From the NCBI GenBank assembly GCA_024710865.1, contig JANJTY010000363.1, forward strand, positions 1 to 38,080: 38,080 nt of DNA. The letters run 5' to 3'. Of this stretch, positions 8,842 through 17,680 are shown one piece after another. The notes under the pieces were generated by a model. It had not been told where the DNA came from, did not search any database, and saw only the letters and a program-made list of their open reading frames with translations. The translations under genes and the position numbers were made by a program. Positions within the stretch are counted from its first letter, which is position 1. The number at the start of each line of letters is the position of its first letter. Origin of the DNA: Lysobacteraceae bacterium (GTDB taxonomy: Bacteria; Pseudomonadota; Gammaproteobacteria; Xanthomonadales; Xanthomonadaceae).

Positions 8842-9804
8842 TCAGGCGTCGTGCGACGGCTGCCAGGTGTCCACCAGGTAGAGCGGCCGCTGCTTGGATT
8901 CGTCGTACAACCGGCCGAGGTATTCGCCGATCATGCCCAGCGCGATGAGCTGGATGCCGCCGAGGAAGAGGATCACGGTCATCAGCGAGGGGTAGCCGGC
9001 GACCGGTTCGCCCCAGAGCAGGGTCTTGGCCACGATCACCAGTCCGTAGGCGAAGGCCAGCGCCGCGGTCAGGACGCCGATGTACGTGGCCACGCGCAGC
9101 GGCGCGGTCGAGAAACTGGTGATGCCCTCCAGCGCGAAGTTCCACAGCTTCCAGTAGTTGAACTTGCTCTGCCCGGCATGGCGCGGGTCGCGCCGGTAGG
9201 GCACCGAGCACTGGCGGAAGCCGACCCAGGCGAACAGGCCCTTCATGAAGCGGTGGCGCTCGCGCAGGCCGCGCAGCGCGTCGAGCGCGCGGCGCGAGAG
9301 CAGGCGGAAGTCGCCGGTATCGCGCGGCACCGGCGTGTGCGAGAGCCGGTCCATGACGCGGTAGAAGCCGGCTGCGGTGAGCTTCTTCAGCCAGGTCTCG
9401 CCATCGCGCTGCAGCCGCGTGCCGTAGACCACGTCGAAGCCCTGGCGCCAGTGCGCGACGAACTCGGGGATCAGCTCGGGCGGATCCTGCAGGTCGGCGT
9501 CGATCACAACCACCGCATCGGCCTCGGCGTGGTCGAGGCCGGCGGTCAGCGCGAGTTCCTTGCCGAAGTTGCGCGAGAGCTTGAGCACCTCGACGCGCGG
9601 TTCTTCCGCGGCCAGCGCGCACATCACGTCCCAGGTGTCGTCGCGGCTGCCGTCGTCGACGTAGAGGATGCCGCCGCGCAGGCCATCGAGGCCGTCGAGC
9701 ACCGGCAGCAGGCGCGCCTGCAGCGCACGCAGGCCCTCACCCTCGTTGAAGGCGGGCACGACGACGAGCAGGCGTGGCAAGGGTTCGGACATGTCGGGCG
9801 GCAT
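8842..9804 (-). CDS. Family-2 glycosyltransferase, polyprenyl-phosphate sugar transferase type (GtrB/ArnC/DPM1-like)
   Basis: 320 aa. GT-A signatures are VVVPAFNEGEGL, YVDDGSRDDT and VVIDADLQDPPE. Two C-terminal TM helices are typical of GtrB/ArnC. The start may be ATG 9804 or ATG 9792. Confidence 0.85.
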   Translation of the reverse strand: MPPDMSEPLPRLLVVVPAFNEGEGLRALQARLLPVLDGLDGLRGGILYVDDGSRDDTWDVMCALAAEEPRVEVLKLSRNFGKELALTAGLDHAEADAVVVIDADLQDPPELIPEFVAHWRQGFDVVYGTRLQRDGETWLKKLTAAGFYRVMDRLSHTPVPRDTGDFRLLSRRALDALRGLRERHRFMKGLFAWVGFRQCSVPYRRDPRHAGQSKFNYWKLWNFALEGITSFSTAPLRVATYIGVLTAALAFAYGLVIVAKTLLWGEPVAGYPSLMTVILFLGGIQLIALGMIGEYLGRLYDESKQRPLYLVDTWQPSHDA

Positions 9805-9854
9805 CGCGATGGAGCGCGAATGCTAGCAAGCCTGACCCGGACATCCGAACGGGC

Positions 9855-9887
9855 TTGACAACCGACAAAACTTCGATAATTCTGGAA
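9855..9887 (+). promoter_or_regulatory. Putative sigma70-type ars promoter with an imperfect palindrome (candidate ArsR operator)
   Basis: TTGACA at 9855-9860, a 16-nt spacer, then TAATTC at 9877-9882. A 16-bp imperfect palindrome TTCGATAATTCTGGAA (9872-9887, 12/16 self-complementary) overlaps the -10. The arsR ATG at 9890 has no SD. Confidence 0.3.
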
Positions 9888-9889
9888 TC

Positions 9890-10222
9890 ATGGAAACGAA
9901 AGCCGCCCTCGATGCCCTCGCCGCCCTGGCCCAGCCCAGCCGGCTCGCCATCTTCCGCCTCCTGGTCCAGGCCGGACCGGAGGGTCTCGGCGTGGGCGCG
10001 ATCCGCGAGGGGCTCGGCCTGCCCGGCGCCACGCTCACCGCCCACCTCAACGTCCTGCGCCTGGCCGGCCTCGTGCAGGACCAGCGCGAGGGCCGCCAGA
10101 TCCACTGCTTCGCGAACTTCGGGCAGATGAACGCCCTGCTCGCCTACCTCACCAAGAACTGCTGCGCCGGCGCCGCCTGCAGTCCGTCCCCCTTGGGCGC
10201 CACCTGCAAGGAGCCGTCATGA
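9890..10222 (+). CDS. arsR: ArsR/SmtB-family metalloregulator
   Basis: 110 aa. The winged-helix core is LAQPSRLAIFRLL..........I.......ATLTAHLNVLRLAGLV. The C-terminal Cys cluster is NCCAGAAC. It is the first gene of an ars operon. Confidence 0.85.
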   Translation: METKAALDALAALAQPSRLAIFRLLVQAGPEGLGVGAIREGLGLPGATLTAHLNVLRLAGLVQDQREGRQIHCFANFGQMNALLAYLTKNCCAGAACSPSPLGATCKEPS

Positions 10223-10743
10223 GCCGCTTCCACGTTCACATCCACGTGTCCGACCTGGACCAGAACATCGCCTTCTATTCGCGCCTGTTCGGCGTCGAAC
10301 CCAGCGTGGTCAAGTCCGACTACGCCAAGTGGATGCTGGACGATCCGCGGGTGAACTTCGCGATCTCGACCGACAAGGCCGGCAGCAGCGGCAACGCCCC
10401 CCTCGGCCTGCAGGCCGAGCGGCCCGAAGACCTCGCCGCGATCGGTGAGCGCCTGCAGGCGGCCGATGCCGTGGCCCTGGCCGAGGCCGGCACCACCTGC
10501 TGCTACGCGCGTTCGGACAAGTTCTGGGCGGTCGACCCGCAGGGCGTGCAGTGGGAGAGCTTCCACACCCACGGCGAGGCCACCACCTACTACGCCGACG
10601 CAGCCGGCAGCGCGGTGGCGCGCGCGAGCTGCTGCGGACCGGCGCTGCCCAAGGCTTCTGCCGACACGGCCTGCGGCAGCAGCTGCGACGTACCGGCCGA
10701 GCGCCAGGTCGTGGCGCCCCCGGCCCAGGCCTGCTGCGCCTGA
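10219..10743 (+). CDS. arsI: ArsI/CadI-family VOC metalloenzyme (candidate C-As lyase)
   Basis: 174 aa. Close by-eye match to the ArsI pattern: F.VH..V.DL...I.FYS.LFG.EP...K.DYAK..L..P..NF and the vicinal-Cys motif TTCCYA.SDKFW..DP.G..WE.F.T. The ATGA start overlaps the arsR stop, and AAGGAG SD lies at 10208-10213. Confidence 0.8.
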   Translation: MSRFHVHIHVSDLDQNIAFYSRLFGVEPSVVKSDYAKWMLDDPRVNFAISTDKAGSSGNAPLGLQAERPEDLAAIGERLQAADAVALAEAGTTCCYARSDKFWAVDPQGVQWESFHTHGEATTYYADAAGSAVARASCCGPALPKASADTACGSSCDVPAERQVVAPPAQACCA

Positions 10744-10753
10744 GGCCGCGCGC

Positions 10754-11143
10754 ATGAAGAAGGTCCTGTTCGTCTGCGTGGAAAACTCCAATCGCAGCCA
10801 GATGGCCGAGGCCCTTGCCCGCCTGCACGGCGGCGCGCAGGTCGAGGCCCACAGCGCCGGCTCGAAGCCCTCGGGCCGGATCAATCCGAAGGCGATCCGG
10901 TTCATGGGCGAGCTGGGCGTGGACCTGGCCGCGCATCGCTCGAAGTCGCTGGACGAGATCGCCGGCCTCGACTTCGATGCCGTGGTCACGATGGGCTGCG
11001 GCGATTCCTGTCCCTGGGTGCCGGCGCGGCTGCGCGAGGACTGGGCCCTGCCCGATCCGCGCGACATGGACGACGAGAGCTACCGCGCGGTGCGCGACGA
11101 GATCGGTCGCCGGGTTCGGGACCTGCTGGAGCGCCTGGCATGA
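10754..11143 (+). CDS. arsC: Arsenate reductase, LMW-PTP (ArsC) type
   Basis: 129 aa from ATG 10754. P-loop is VLFVCVENSNRSQMAEA (C8-X5-R14). Additional Cys82/Cys86 occur in GCGDSCPW. The upstream part of tracked ORF 10445..11143 overlaps arsI and is discarded. Confidence 0.85.
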   Translation: MKKVLFVCVENSNRSQMAEALARLHGGAQVEAHSAGSKPSGRINPKAIRFMGELGVDLAAHRSKSLDEIAGLDFDAVVTMGCGDSCPWVPARLREDWALPDPRDMDDESYRAVRDEIGRRVRDLLERLA

Positions 11144-11814
11144 GCCTGGCGCAACGGCTCGCGGCCGAAGCCCTGGGCAGCGCCGCCCTGCTCGCCACCG
11201 TGGTGGGCTCGGGGATCATGGGCGTCGCGCTCGCCGACGGCAACGATGGCCTCGCGCTGCTGGCCAACGCCGGCGCCACCGCCGCCATCCTGTACGTGCT
11301 GATCAGCCTGCTCGGGCCGATCTCGGGCGCGCACTTCAACCCGGCCGTGACCTTGGCGATGCGTCTGCGCGGCGACATCGGCAGCCGCGAGGCCGTGCTC
11401 TATGTGCTGCTGCAGTGCCTCGGCGCGGTGGCCGGCGTGCTGCTGGCGCATGCCATGTTCGAGCAGGCCCTGTGGCAGCCCGGCGATCGCGTTCGCAGCG
11501 GCGCGGCGCAGTGGCTGAGCGAAGGCGTGGCGACCTTCGGGCTGCTGCTCACCATCCTGCTGGCGCTGCAGCAGCGCGTCGCGGCGATCCCCGCCCTGGT
11601 CGCGGCCTACATCTTCGCGGCCTACTGGTTCACCGCCTCCACCTCGTTCGCCAACCCGGCGGTCACGCTGGCGCGCGCGCTGACGCGCAGCTTCGCCGGC
11701 ATCGCGCCCGCCGTTGCGCCCGCGTTAATCGGGGCCAATGTGGGGGGCGCCGCGCTGGCGGTGGCCTGCGCCGCGCGGCTCGCGCCGGCGTCGGCTCAGA
11801 GCCCGTCGAGGTAG
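11140..11814 (+). CDS. MIP-family channel (aquaglyceroporin, AqpS-like) in the ars operon
   Basis: 224 aa and hydrophobic throughout, with two NPA boxes ([12 protein letters not shown] and [11 protein letters not shown]). The ATGA start overlaps the arsC stop. Confidence 0.85.
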   Translation: MSLAQRLAAEALGSAALLATVVGSGIMGVALADGNDGLALLANAGATAAILYVLISLLGPISGAHFNPAVTLAMRLRGDIGSREAVLYVLLQCLGAVAGVLLAHAMFEQALWQPGDRVRSGAAQWLSEGVATFGLLLTILLALQQRVAAIPALVAAYIFAAYWFTASTSFANPAVTLARALTRSFAGIAPAVAPALIGANVGGAALAVACAARLAPASAQSPSR

Positions 11815-12506
11815 GCCGGCCCGCCGAGCTGGCGCATCTGCCGCTCGATCCAGGCGCTGCGCTCGCGCACGTAGTCGCCCGGCGGCTGGGCGATGTAGCG
11901 CTTGGGGTTGGGCAGCACCGCGGCCAGGCGCGCGCTTTCGCGTGCGCCGAGCGCACTGGCCGGTTTACCGAAGAAGCGCTGCGCGGCAGCCTCGGCGCCG
12001 TAGATGCCGTCGCCAAATTCGGCCACGTTGACGTACAGCTCGAGGATGCGGCGCTTGGGCAGCAGCAGTTCCAGCAGCACCGTGTACCAGGCTTCGAGGC
12101 CCTTGCGCAGCCAACTGCGCCCTGGCCACAGGAACAGGTTCTTGGCGGTCTGCTGCGAGATGGTGCTCGCGCCGCGCAGGCGTCCACCCTCGCGGTTGCC
12201 CTCCAGCGCAGCCTCGATCGCGGCGCGGTCGAAGCCAGCATGCTGCGGAAACAGTTGGTCCTCGGCCGCGACCAGGGCCAGCGGCAGCTCCGGCGCGACG
12301 CGCTGCAGCGGCACCCAGCGGTAGTCGAGCGCGAAGCCGGCTTCGGCCTCCCGCCAGGCCTGCCAGCGCCGGTCGAGCATGAAGGCGCTGGTGGGCGGAT
12401 CGATCCAGCGCACGGCGAGCACCTGCAGGACGGGGCCCAGCAGCGGCACCAGGGCCAGGAGCAGCAGGCGCCGGAACCACCGGCGAGGACGTGAGGCGGG
12501 GCGCAT
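11796..12506 (-). CDS. mtgA: Monofunctional biosynthetic peptidoglycan transglycosylase MtgA
   Basis: 236 aa from ATG 12506 ([20 protein letters not shown]...). GT51 motifs are [32 protein letters not shown] and ILELYVN.AEFG.GIYG. The 3' end overlaps the convergent aquaporin gene by 19 nt. Confidence 0.9.
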   Translation of the reverse strand: MRPASRPRRWFRRLLLLALVPLLGPVLQVLAVRWIDPPTSAFMLDRRWQAWREAEAGFALDYRWVPLQRVAPELPLALVAAEDQLFPQHAGFDRAAIEAALEGNREGGRLRGASTISQQTAKNLFLWPGRSWLRKGLEAWYTVLLELLLPKRRILELYVNVAEFGDGIYGAEAAAQRFFGKPASALGARESARLAAVLPNPKRYIAQPPGDYVRERSAWIERQMRQLGGPAYLDGL

Positions 12507-12559
12507 GCCAACAGCATACCGGCTGGCCCCAAGGCGCCGGCAACCGGTAGGCTGCGCGG

Positions 12560-13468
12560 ATGGAATCCATCGACTCGATCGCCTTGCCGGAGCGTGACGC
12601 GCTCTGGCGCTTCGTGCTGGAACGCTCCGGCGTACGCGGCCTGCTGGTGCGCCTGGACGAGAGCTGGGCACGGGTGCGCGCCAGCGCCGACTACCCGCCC
12701 GCCCTGGCCGACCTGCTCGGCCAATGCCTGGCGGCCGCCGCGCTGTTCACTGGCCACGTCAAGATGCAGGGGAGGCTCTCGATCCAGCTGCGCGCCGACG
12801 GTCCGGTGCCGCGGGTGTTCGCCGAATGCACCCACCTTGGTCGCCTGCGCGGCATCGCGCAGTGGCAGGGCGACCTGCACCGGCCGCTTGGATTGAGTCA
12901 GCTCGGCGACGACCGCGTGCTCGCCATCACGATCGAGACCGAGGTCGCCACCGGACGCGAACCACGCCGCTACCAGGGCCTGGTGCCGCTGGAGGGCGAG
13001 CGCATCGAGACCGCCTTCGAGGCCTACTTCGACCGCTCCGAACAGCTGCCCACCCGACTGCTGCTGGCCGCCGACGCCGTGCACGCCACCGGGCTGATGC
13101 TGCAGCGCCTGCCGGAGTCGCGCGAGGCCGGGAGCGAAGGCTGGGAAACCGCCGTGGCGCTGTTCGAGACCCTGGCCGAGTCCGAGTTGCTGGAAAGCGA
13201 TCCGCAGTCGCTGCTGTTCCGCCTGTTCCACCAGGAAGGCGTGCGCGTGCTGGATACGCGGCTGCTCGGGTTCGGCTGTTCCTGCTCGCGCGAGCGCGTG
13301 GCGAACGTGCTGCGCAGCCTCGGCCGCGAGGAAGCCTTCGCCGCGGTCGAGGGCCGCGAGCAGGCCGAGATCCGCTGCGAGTTCTGCGGCACGCGCTACG
13401 GCTTCGATCGGGTTGATCTCGGGCGCCTGTTCGACGAATCGGGTCCCGGCCCCAGCCGGCTGCAGTAG
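12560..13468 (+). CDS. hslO: Redox-regulated chaperone Hsp33 (HslO)
   Basis: 302 aa. The C-terminal zinc/redox switch CSCSRERV...CEFCGTRY (CxC...CxxC) and the overall length are typical of Hsp33. Confidence 0.92.
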   Translation: MESIDSIALPERDALWRFVLERSGVRGLLVRLDESWARVRASADYPPALADLLGQCLAAAALFTGHVKMQGRLSIQLRADGPVPRVFAECTHLGRLRGIAQWQGDLHRPLGLSQLGDDRVLAITIETEVATGREPRRYQGLVPLEGERIETAFEAYFDRSEQLPTRLLLAADAVHATGLMLQRLPESREAGSEGWETAVALFETLAESELLESDPQSLLFRLFHQEGVRVLDTRLLGFGCSCSRERVANVLRSLGREEAFAAVEGREQAEIRCEFCGTRYGFDRVDLGRLFDESGPGPSRLQ

Positions 13469-13487
13469 CCGCCAAGCCTCGGCGGCG

Positions 13488-16478
13488 CTAGGCGCCGGGC
13501 GTCCGCACCGTCGCCGCTGCCAGCAGCGCGTGCGGCTGCGGGCGCGCGAACAGAAAGCCCTGACCCGACCGGCAGCCCAGTTCGAGCAAGAGGTCGCGCT
13601 GCAGCGCGGTCTCGATGCCTTCAGCGATCAGTTCCAGACCGAGGGTTTCGGCAAGGGAGCAGATCGCGCGCAGCACCGCCACCGTGGTGGACGGCGCGTC
13701 CGGCCCCAGTTCGCTGACGAAACTGCGGTCGATCTTGAGCACGTGCAGCGGAAACCGATGCAGGTAGCTGAGCGAGGAATAGCCGGTGCCGAAATCGTCC
13801 AGCGCGATGCGGATGCCGGACTCGCGCAGGGCATGCAGGGTCTGGAGCACCTGCGGCGGATCCTCCAGCAAGGTGCGCTCGGTGACCTCGACGCGCAGGC
13901 GCGCCGGGTCCAGTTCGTAGCGCGCGGCAAGCGCCAGCAGCCGCTCGACGAAGGCGGGGCCGTGGAAGTGGCGCGCGCCCACGTTGATGCTGACGAAGCC
14001 GCCGAGGTCCAGCAGGGTGTGGGCCTGGGCGCAGACCTGTTCGTAGATTTGCCAGTCGATCGCCTCGACCAGGCCGGATTCCTCCGCCAGTTCCAGGAAG
14101 TCGCCCGGCAGCAGGACGCCCGACCCGGGTTGCCGCCAGCGCAGCAGGGCCTCGTAGCCCAGCACCCGTCCACCCGGGATCTCGACGATGGCCTGGTAGT
14201 GCGGCTCGAATTCGCAGCGCGCCACGGCTCGGCGCAGATTGCCCTCCAGTTCAAGCTGGGCGAGCGCAACCCGCCGCAGGTCCTCGTCGAACAGTTCGTA
14301 GCGGCGCCGGCCTTGCGCCTTGGCGCGATAGAGCGCCACGTCGGCATCGCGCAGCAGCTCCTCGGGCGTGCGGTAGTGCCGGTGCGACAGCGCGATGCCG
14401 ATGCTGGTCGACGTGTAGAGCTCCTTGCCCGCCACCCGCACTGGCTCGCTCAGTGCCTCGATGACGCGCGCGGCCAGCTCGGTCGCGTCGCGCTCGCTCT
14501 CGATCGGCTCCAGCAGCACGGCGAACTCGTCGCCCCCCAGGCGCGCGACCAGGCCCCAGCCGCGCAGGACCTCCGCGATGCGTCGCCCGGCTTCCTTCAG
14601 CAGCTCGTCGCCGACCAGGTGGCCGACCGAATCGTTGATCACCTTGAAGCGGTCGAGGTCGAGGAAAAGCACGGCGAAACGGCGCTGCGGGAAACGCGCG
14701 AAGCGCGCCAGGGCTTCGCCCAGGCGCTGCAGCAGGTGCGGCCGGTTCGGCAGGCCCGTCAGGCCGTCGTGCAGCGCATCGTGCTTGAGCTGGCGCTCGA
14801 TCCGCTCGCGCCGCACGATCTGTTCGCGCAGGTCGCGGTTGGCGTTGAACAACTCCTCGGTGCGCTCGGCCACGCGCCGCTCGAGCAAGGCGTTGGCGAC
14901 CCTGAGCGAGTCGGCCGCGCGCTTGCGCATCAGCGCATTGGCGATGTGGTACGAGACGAAGGTCAGCACTTCCTGGTCGAGCCGGCTGTAGCGGTGCGAG
15001 CCGTCGTAGCTCTGCACTGCCAGCACGCCGACGGTCTGCTCCTCGCAGATCAACGGCACGCCCAGCCAGACGTTGGACAGCGTGCCGTGACTGAGCACCT
15101 CGCCCTGCGCGGTGAGCCGGCCGATGGTGTCGCGGTCCGCCAGCAGCGGCTTGCCGCTGCGCAGCACGTACTCGGTCAGGCCGCGCCCGAGCCGGCGCGG
15201 CTCGCGCGAGACGTCGAACTCGTCCACCGAATACGGGAAATGGATCTGGCGCGCGTCGCCCGACAGCAGCGCGATGTAGAAATTGCCGGCGTAAAGCAGT
15301 TCGCCGACCACGGCGTGCACGGCGGCGTAGAACTGTTCCAGGGTTTCGCTCGCAGAACCCAGTTCGGCGATGCGGAACAAGGCCGCCTGCAGGCGTTCGC
15401 CCCGCTCGCGCTCCTTGACCTCGCGCTGCAGCGCTTCGGTACGCTCCGCCACGCGCCGCTCCAGTTGCTCGTGCGCCAGCTTGCGTTCAAGCGCGGTCGC
15501 GATGTGCTGCGCGACGAAGTTGAGCAGGGCCTTGTCCTTCTCGCTGTAGCGAAGCCGTTCGTCGTAGCTCTGCACCACGACCGCGCCCATGACTTCGGCC
15601 CCGCGCGGCATCGGCACGCCCAGCCAGTCGGCCGACTGCGGCCCGAAACCGATCGGGGTGCTGCCGATGGCCTCGACCAGGTCGGCCGAGGGCCCCATCA
15701 GGATCGTTCCGGTACGCAGCACGTGCGCGGTGAGCGAGCCCGCGTACTCGCTCATCGGATAGAGCCGGTCCGGCGGCGGAACGTCGCTGTCGGCCGAATC
15801 GCGGAAGTACGGGAAGTACAGCGCATCGTGCTCGGATGAATAGAGCGCGATGAAGAAGTTCTCGGCGTACATGAGCTCGCCGACGACGCAGTGGATGTCG
15901 CCCAGCACCTCGCCCATCTCGCGGTCGGAGCCGGCCAGGTCGGCGATGCGGAACAGCGCACGCTGCAGGCGTTCGGCCTCTTCCAGGCGACGTACCGCTT
16001 CGTGCAGCCGCTCGAGCTCCAGCGCAGCCGGCAGGCGCTGGCGGAACAGCGACAGGGCCTCCTGCAGCTCGGCTTCGATCAGGTCCGGCGCCCCGGCGCA
16101 GGCCTGCACCGCCACCGCCAGCTCGCTGCCCGCTTCGGATCCAAGGTTCATGCACCAGAGCCGACCGCCATCGCGCCGCTCGAACGGCAGCACCGCGCCA
16201 GGGCGGGCGATGCAGTCGACGATCGGCTCCGGCCGCCACTCAACGCCCTCGCCGGCTGCGGCGACGAGGCGCAGGGGACCGCCGGGGTCGCTCTGCCACA
16301 GCGCTACCGCCGCATCACCGCAGCGTTCGTGCACCCAGCGACGCAGGCTTTCGACCAGCTCGCGGGCGCGGCTGCCCGCCAGGACCAGCTTCCCGCGTGC
16401 CGCCCGGCGGCTGCACGGCGCGACTCCGGCGGGCACAGCGTCGGTCGCAGTCTCCATTGCGGTGGGTTCAGGCGTCAC
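13488..16478 (-). CDS. Cytoplasmic multi-GAF sensor with GGDEF and EAL domains (c-di-GMP turnover)
   Basis: 996 aa. GGDEF motif in RLGGDEFAVLL, and EAL motifs in YEALLRW / DDFGTGYSSL / KIDRSFV. Two clearly duplicated GAF-like modules each begin RLQ(R/A)ALFRIA(D/E)L, and a third GAF-like N-terminal region is present. No TM segment was seen. The start is GTG 16478 or ATG 16457. Confidence 0.9.
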   Translation of the reverse strand: MTPEPTAMETATDAVPAGVAPCSRRAARGKLVLAGSRARELVESLRRWVHERCGDAAVALWQSDPGGPLRLVAAAGEGVEWRPEPIVDCIARPGAVLPFERRDGGRLWCMNLGSEAGSELAVAVQACAGAPDLIEAELQEALSLFRQRLPAALELERLHEAVRRLEEAERLQRALFRIADLAGSDREMGEVLGDIHCVVGELMYAENFFIALYSSEHDALYFPYFRDSADSDVPPPDRLYPMSEYAGSLTAHVLRTGTILMGPSADLVEAIGSTPIGFGPQSADWLGVPMPRGAEVMGAVVVQSYDERLRYSEKDKALLNFVAQHIATALERKLAHEQLERRVAERTEALQREVKERERGERLQAALFRIAELGSASETLEQFYAAVHAVVGELLYAGNFYIALLSGDARQIHFPYSVDEFDVSREPRRLGRGLTEYVLRSGKPLLADRDTIGRLTAQGEVLSHGTLSNVWLGVPLICEEQTVGVLAVQSYDGSHRYSRLDQEVLTFVSYHIANALMRKRAADSLRVANALLERRVAERTEELFNANRDLREQIVRRERIERQLKHDALHDGLTGLPNRPHLLQRLGEALARFARFPQRRFAVLFLDLDRFKVINDSVGHLVGDELLKEAGRRIAEVLRGWGLVARLGGDEFAVLLEPIESERDATELAARVIEALSEPVRVAGKELYTSTSIGIALSHRHYRTPEELLRDADVALYRAKAQGRRRYELFDEDLRRVALAQLELEGNLRRAVARCEFEPHYQAIVEIPGGRVLGYEALLRWRQPGSGVLLPGDFLELAEESGLVEAIDWQIYEQVCAQAHTLLDLGGFVSINVGARHFHGPAFVERLLALAARYELDPARLRVEVTERTLLEDPPQVLQTLHALRESGIRIALDDFGTGYSSLSYLHRFPLHVLKIDRSFVSELGPDAPSTTVAVLRAICSLAETLGLELIAEGIETALQRDLLLELGCRSGQGFLFARPQPHALLAAATVRTPGA

Positions 16479-16650
16479 CCGCTCCTCCGAATCGCGCCGG
16501 AACCCGCGTCCCAGCCTGTATCACGGCCCAACCAACCCGGCCGGCGCCGTTGTGGGGGCGCGTGCCTAAGCGTAGCATTCAGCAAACGTCTAGGAACTTC
16601 GACGCGTCCGCCGCGTCGAACCTCCCGTCAAAGCCCGAACCGACCCAAAC

Positions 16651-17604
16651 GTGCTCCGATTCCTGCCGCCGCTGCTGTTGGCCCTGGTCGCCCTGCCGGT
16701 ATCGGCGCAGAGCCTGCGCCCGGACGCCGTGTTTCCGCGCGGGGACGAAGTCGGCCTCCAGGTCGAAGCCCTGTGGCTGCTGGACGGTGCCGCTCCGACG
16801 GCGAGTCCGCTGGAGCGTCTGGTGGCGCCTTCTGCCTTGCCATCGGAGCGCCACGGTCTGCGCCCCGAACGCAGCGGGGGCCCCAGTCTGGGCGCGTCGC
16901 TTTCGGTCGAGCGCGGCTCCGCTGCGATGGCGCTGCTTTGCCGTCAGGGCGCGGTCCTGTCCAGCTTTGGCTCGCTGGCCGAGCACTGCCTGCTGGCCAC
17001 GATCGACGCGGACGATGACCTGCTCGGCGGTCTTGCGCAATCCCGGCGGGCGGGCCTGGAGTTGCGCGACGCCGTCGGCGGTATCGACTTTGGATTTGGC
17101 TTGTTCTGGCTGCGCCCCTCGCTCGCCTCCGGGGCGAGCGCGTGGAGCGGCTTCGGACCGTTCACGCCGGCGCTCCTGCCCGAACTGCGCGGCGCAGAAT
17201 TCTCGCTGTCGCGAGGGTTCGCCCTGGGAGACGGCACGCGTCTCGTCCTCGGTGGCGGTCTGACCCAGCAGCAGTGGCGATCACCGGCGCTGGCCTCTGT
17301 TCTTGACACGCGCTTTGCCGATCTCAGCCTCGCCTTGGAGATGGGGGATTTCTCCGGGCTGCTGAGTGGACGGCGCTACTTCCCCACCCGGTCGGATGCA
17401 TCGCCCCTGCAGGTGCTGGACCTCGGCGTCTCCTGGCGCACGCCATGGCAAGGCCAGTTCAGCGTGGGCGCGCACAACATCCTTGGACGGCAAGCCCCGG
17501 CCAGCCCTGCCGCACAGGCCTTCGGGCTGGGCGCGGATGTCGACCTGCTCGACGAACTGCCGCAGGGGCGCGTGCCGTTCGTGCGCTACCGGCAGGAACT
17601 CTGA
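16651..17604 (+). CDS. Hypothetical secreted protein, possibly a small outer-membrane beta-barrel
   Basis: 317 aa with a GTG start. The Sec signal is MLRFLPPLLLALVALPVSAQS. The C-terminal third has alternating-hydrophobic strands (LDLGVSWRTPWQGQFSVGAHNILG...GRVPFVRYRQEL) that recall OMP or TonB-receptor terminal strands. More T-ending codons than in neighbouring genes. Confidence 0.5.
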   Translation: MLRFLPPLLLALVALPVSAQSLRPDAVFPRGDEVGLQVEALWLLDGAAPTASPLERLVAPSALPSERHGLRPERSGGPSLGASLSVERGSAAMALLCRQGAVLSSFGSLAEHCLLATIDADDDLLGGLAQSRRAGLELRDAVGGIDFGFGLFWLRPSLASGASAWSGFGPFTPALLPELRGAEFSLSRGFALGDGTRLVLGGGLTQQQWRSPALASVLDTRFADLSLALEMGDFSGLLSGRRYFPTRSDASPLQVLDLGVSWRTPWQGQFSVGAHNILGRQAPASPAAQAFGLGADVDLLDELPQGRVPFVRYRQEL

Positions 17605-17680
17605 CCGCCGCGCGGTCCCAGGTCGGCGCGCCTTAGCGCTGTCTCGCTGTCGTCCTCCGTGCGGAGCTTCATCCGCGCGT

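Noticed and set aside
10815-12494. 559-aa plus-strand ORF
   Set aside because: It runs out of frame through arsC and the aquaporin gene and then antisense through mtgA. This is incompatible with the well-supported genes there.
13413-15839. 808-aa ORF on the plus strand
   Set aside because: It is antisense to the GAF-GGDEF-EAL gene. The Arg/Ala/Gly/Gln/Val-rich composition is typical of mirror-frame ORFs in high-GC DNA. No motifs were seen, and the opposite strand carries unmistakable GGDEF/EAL signatures.
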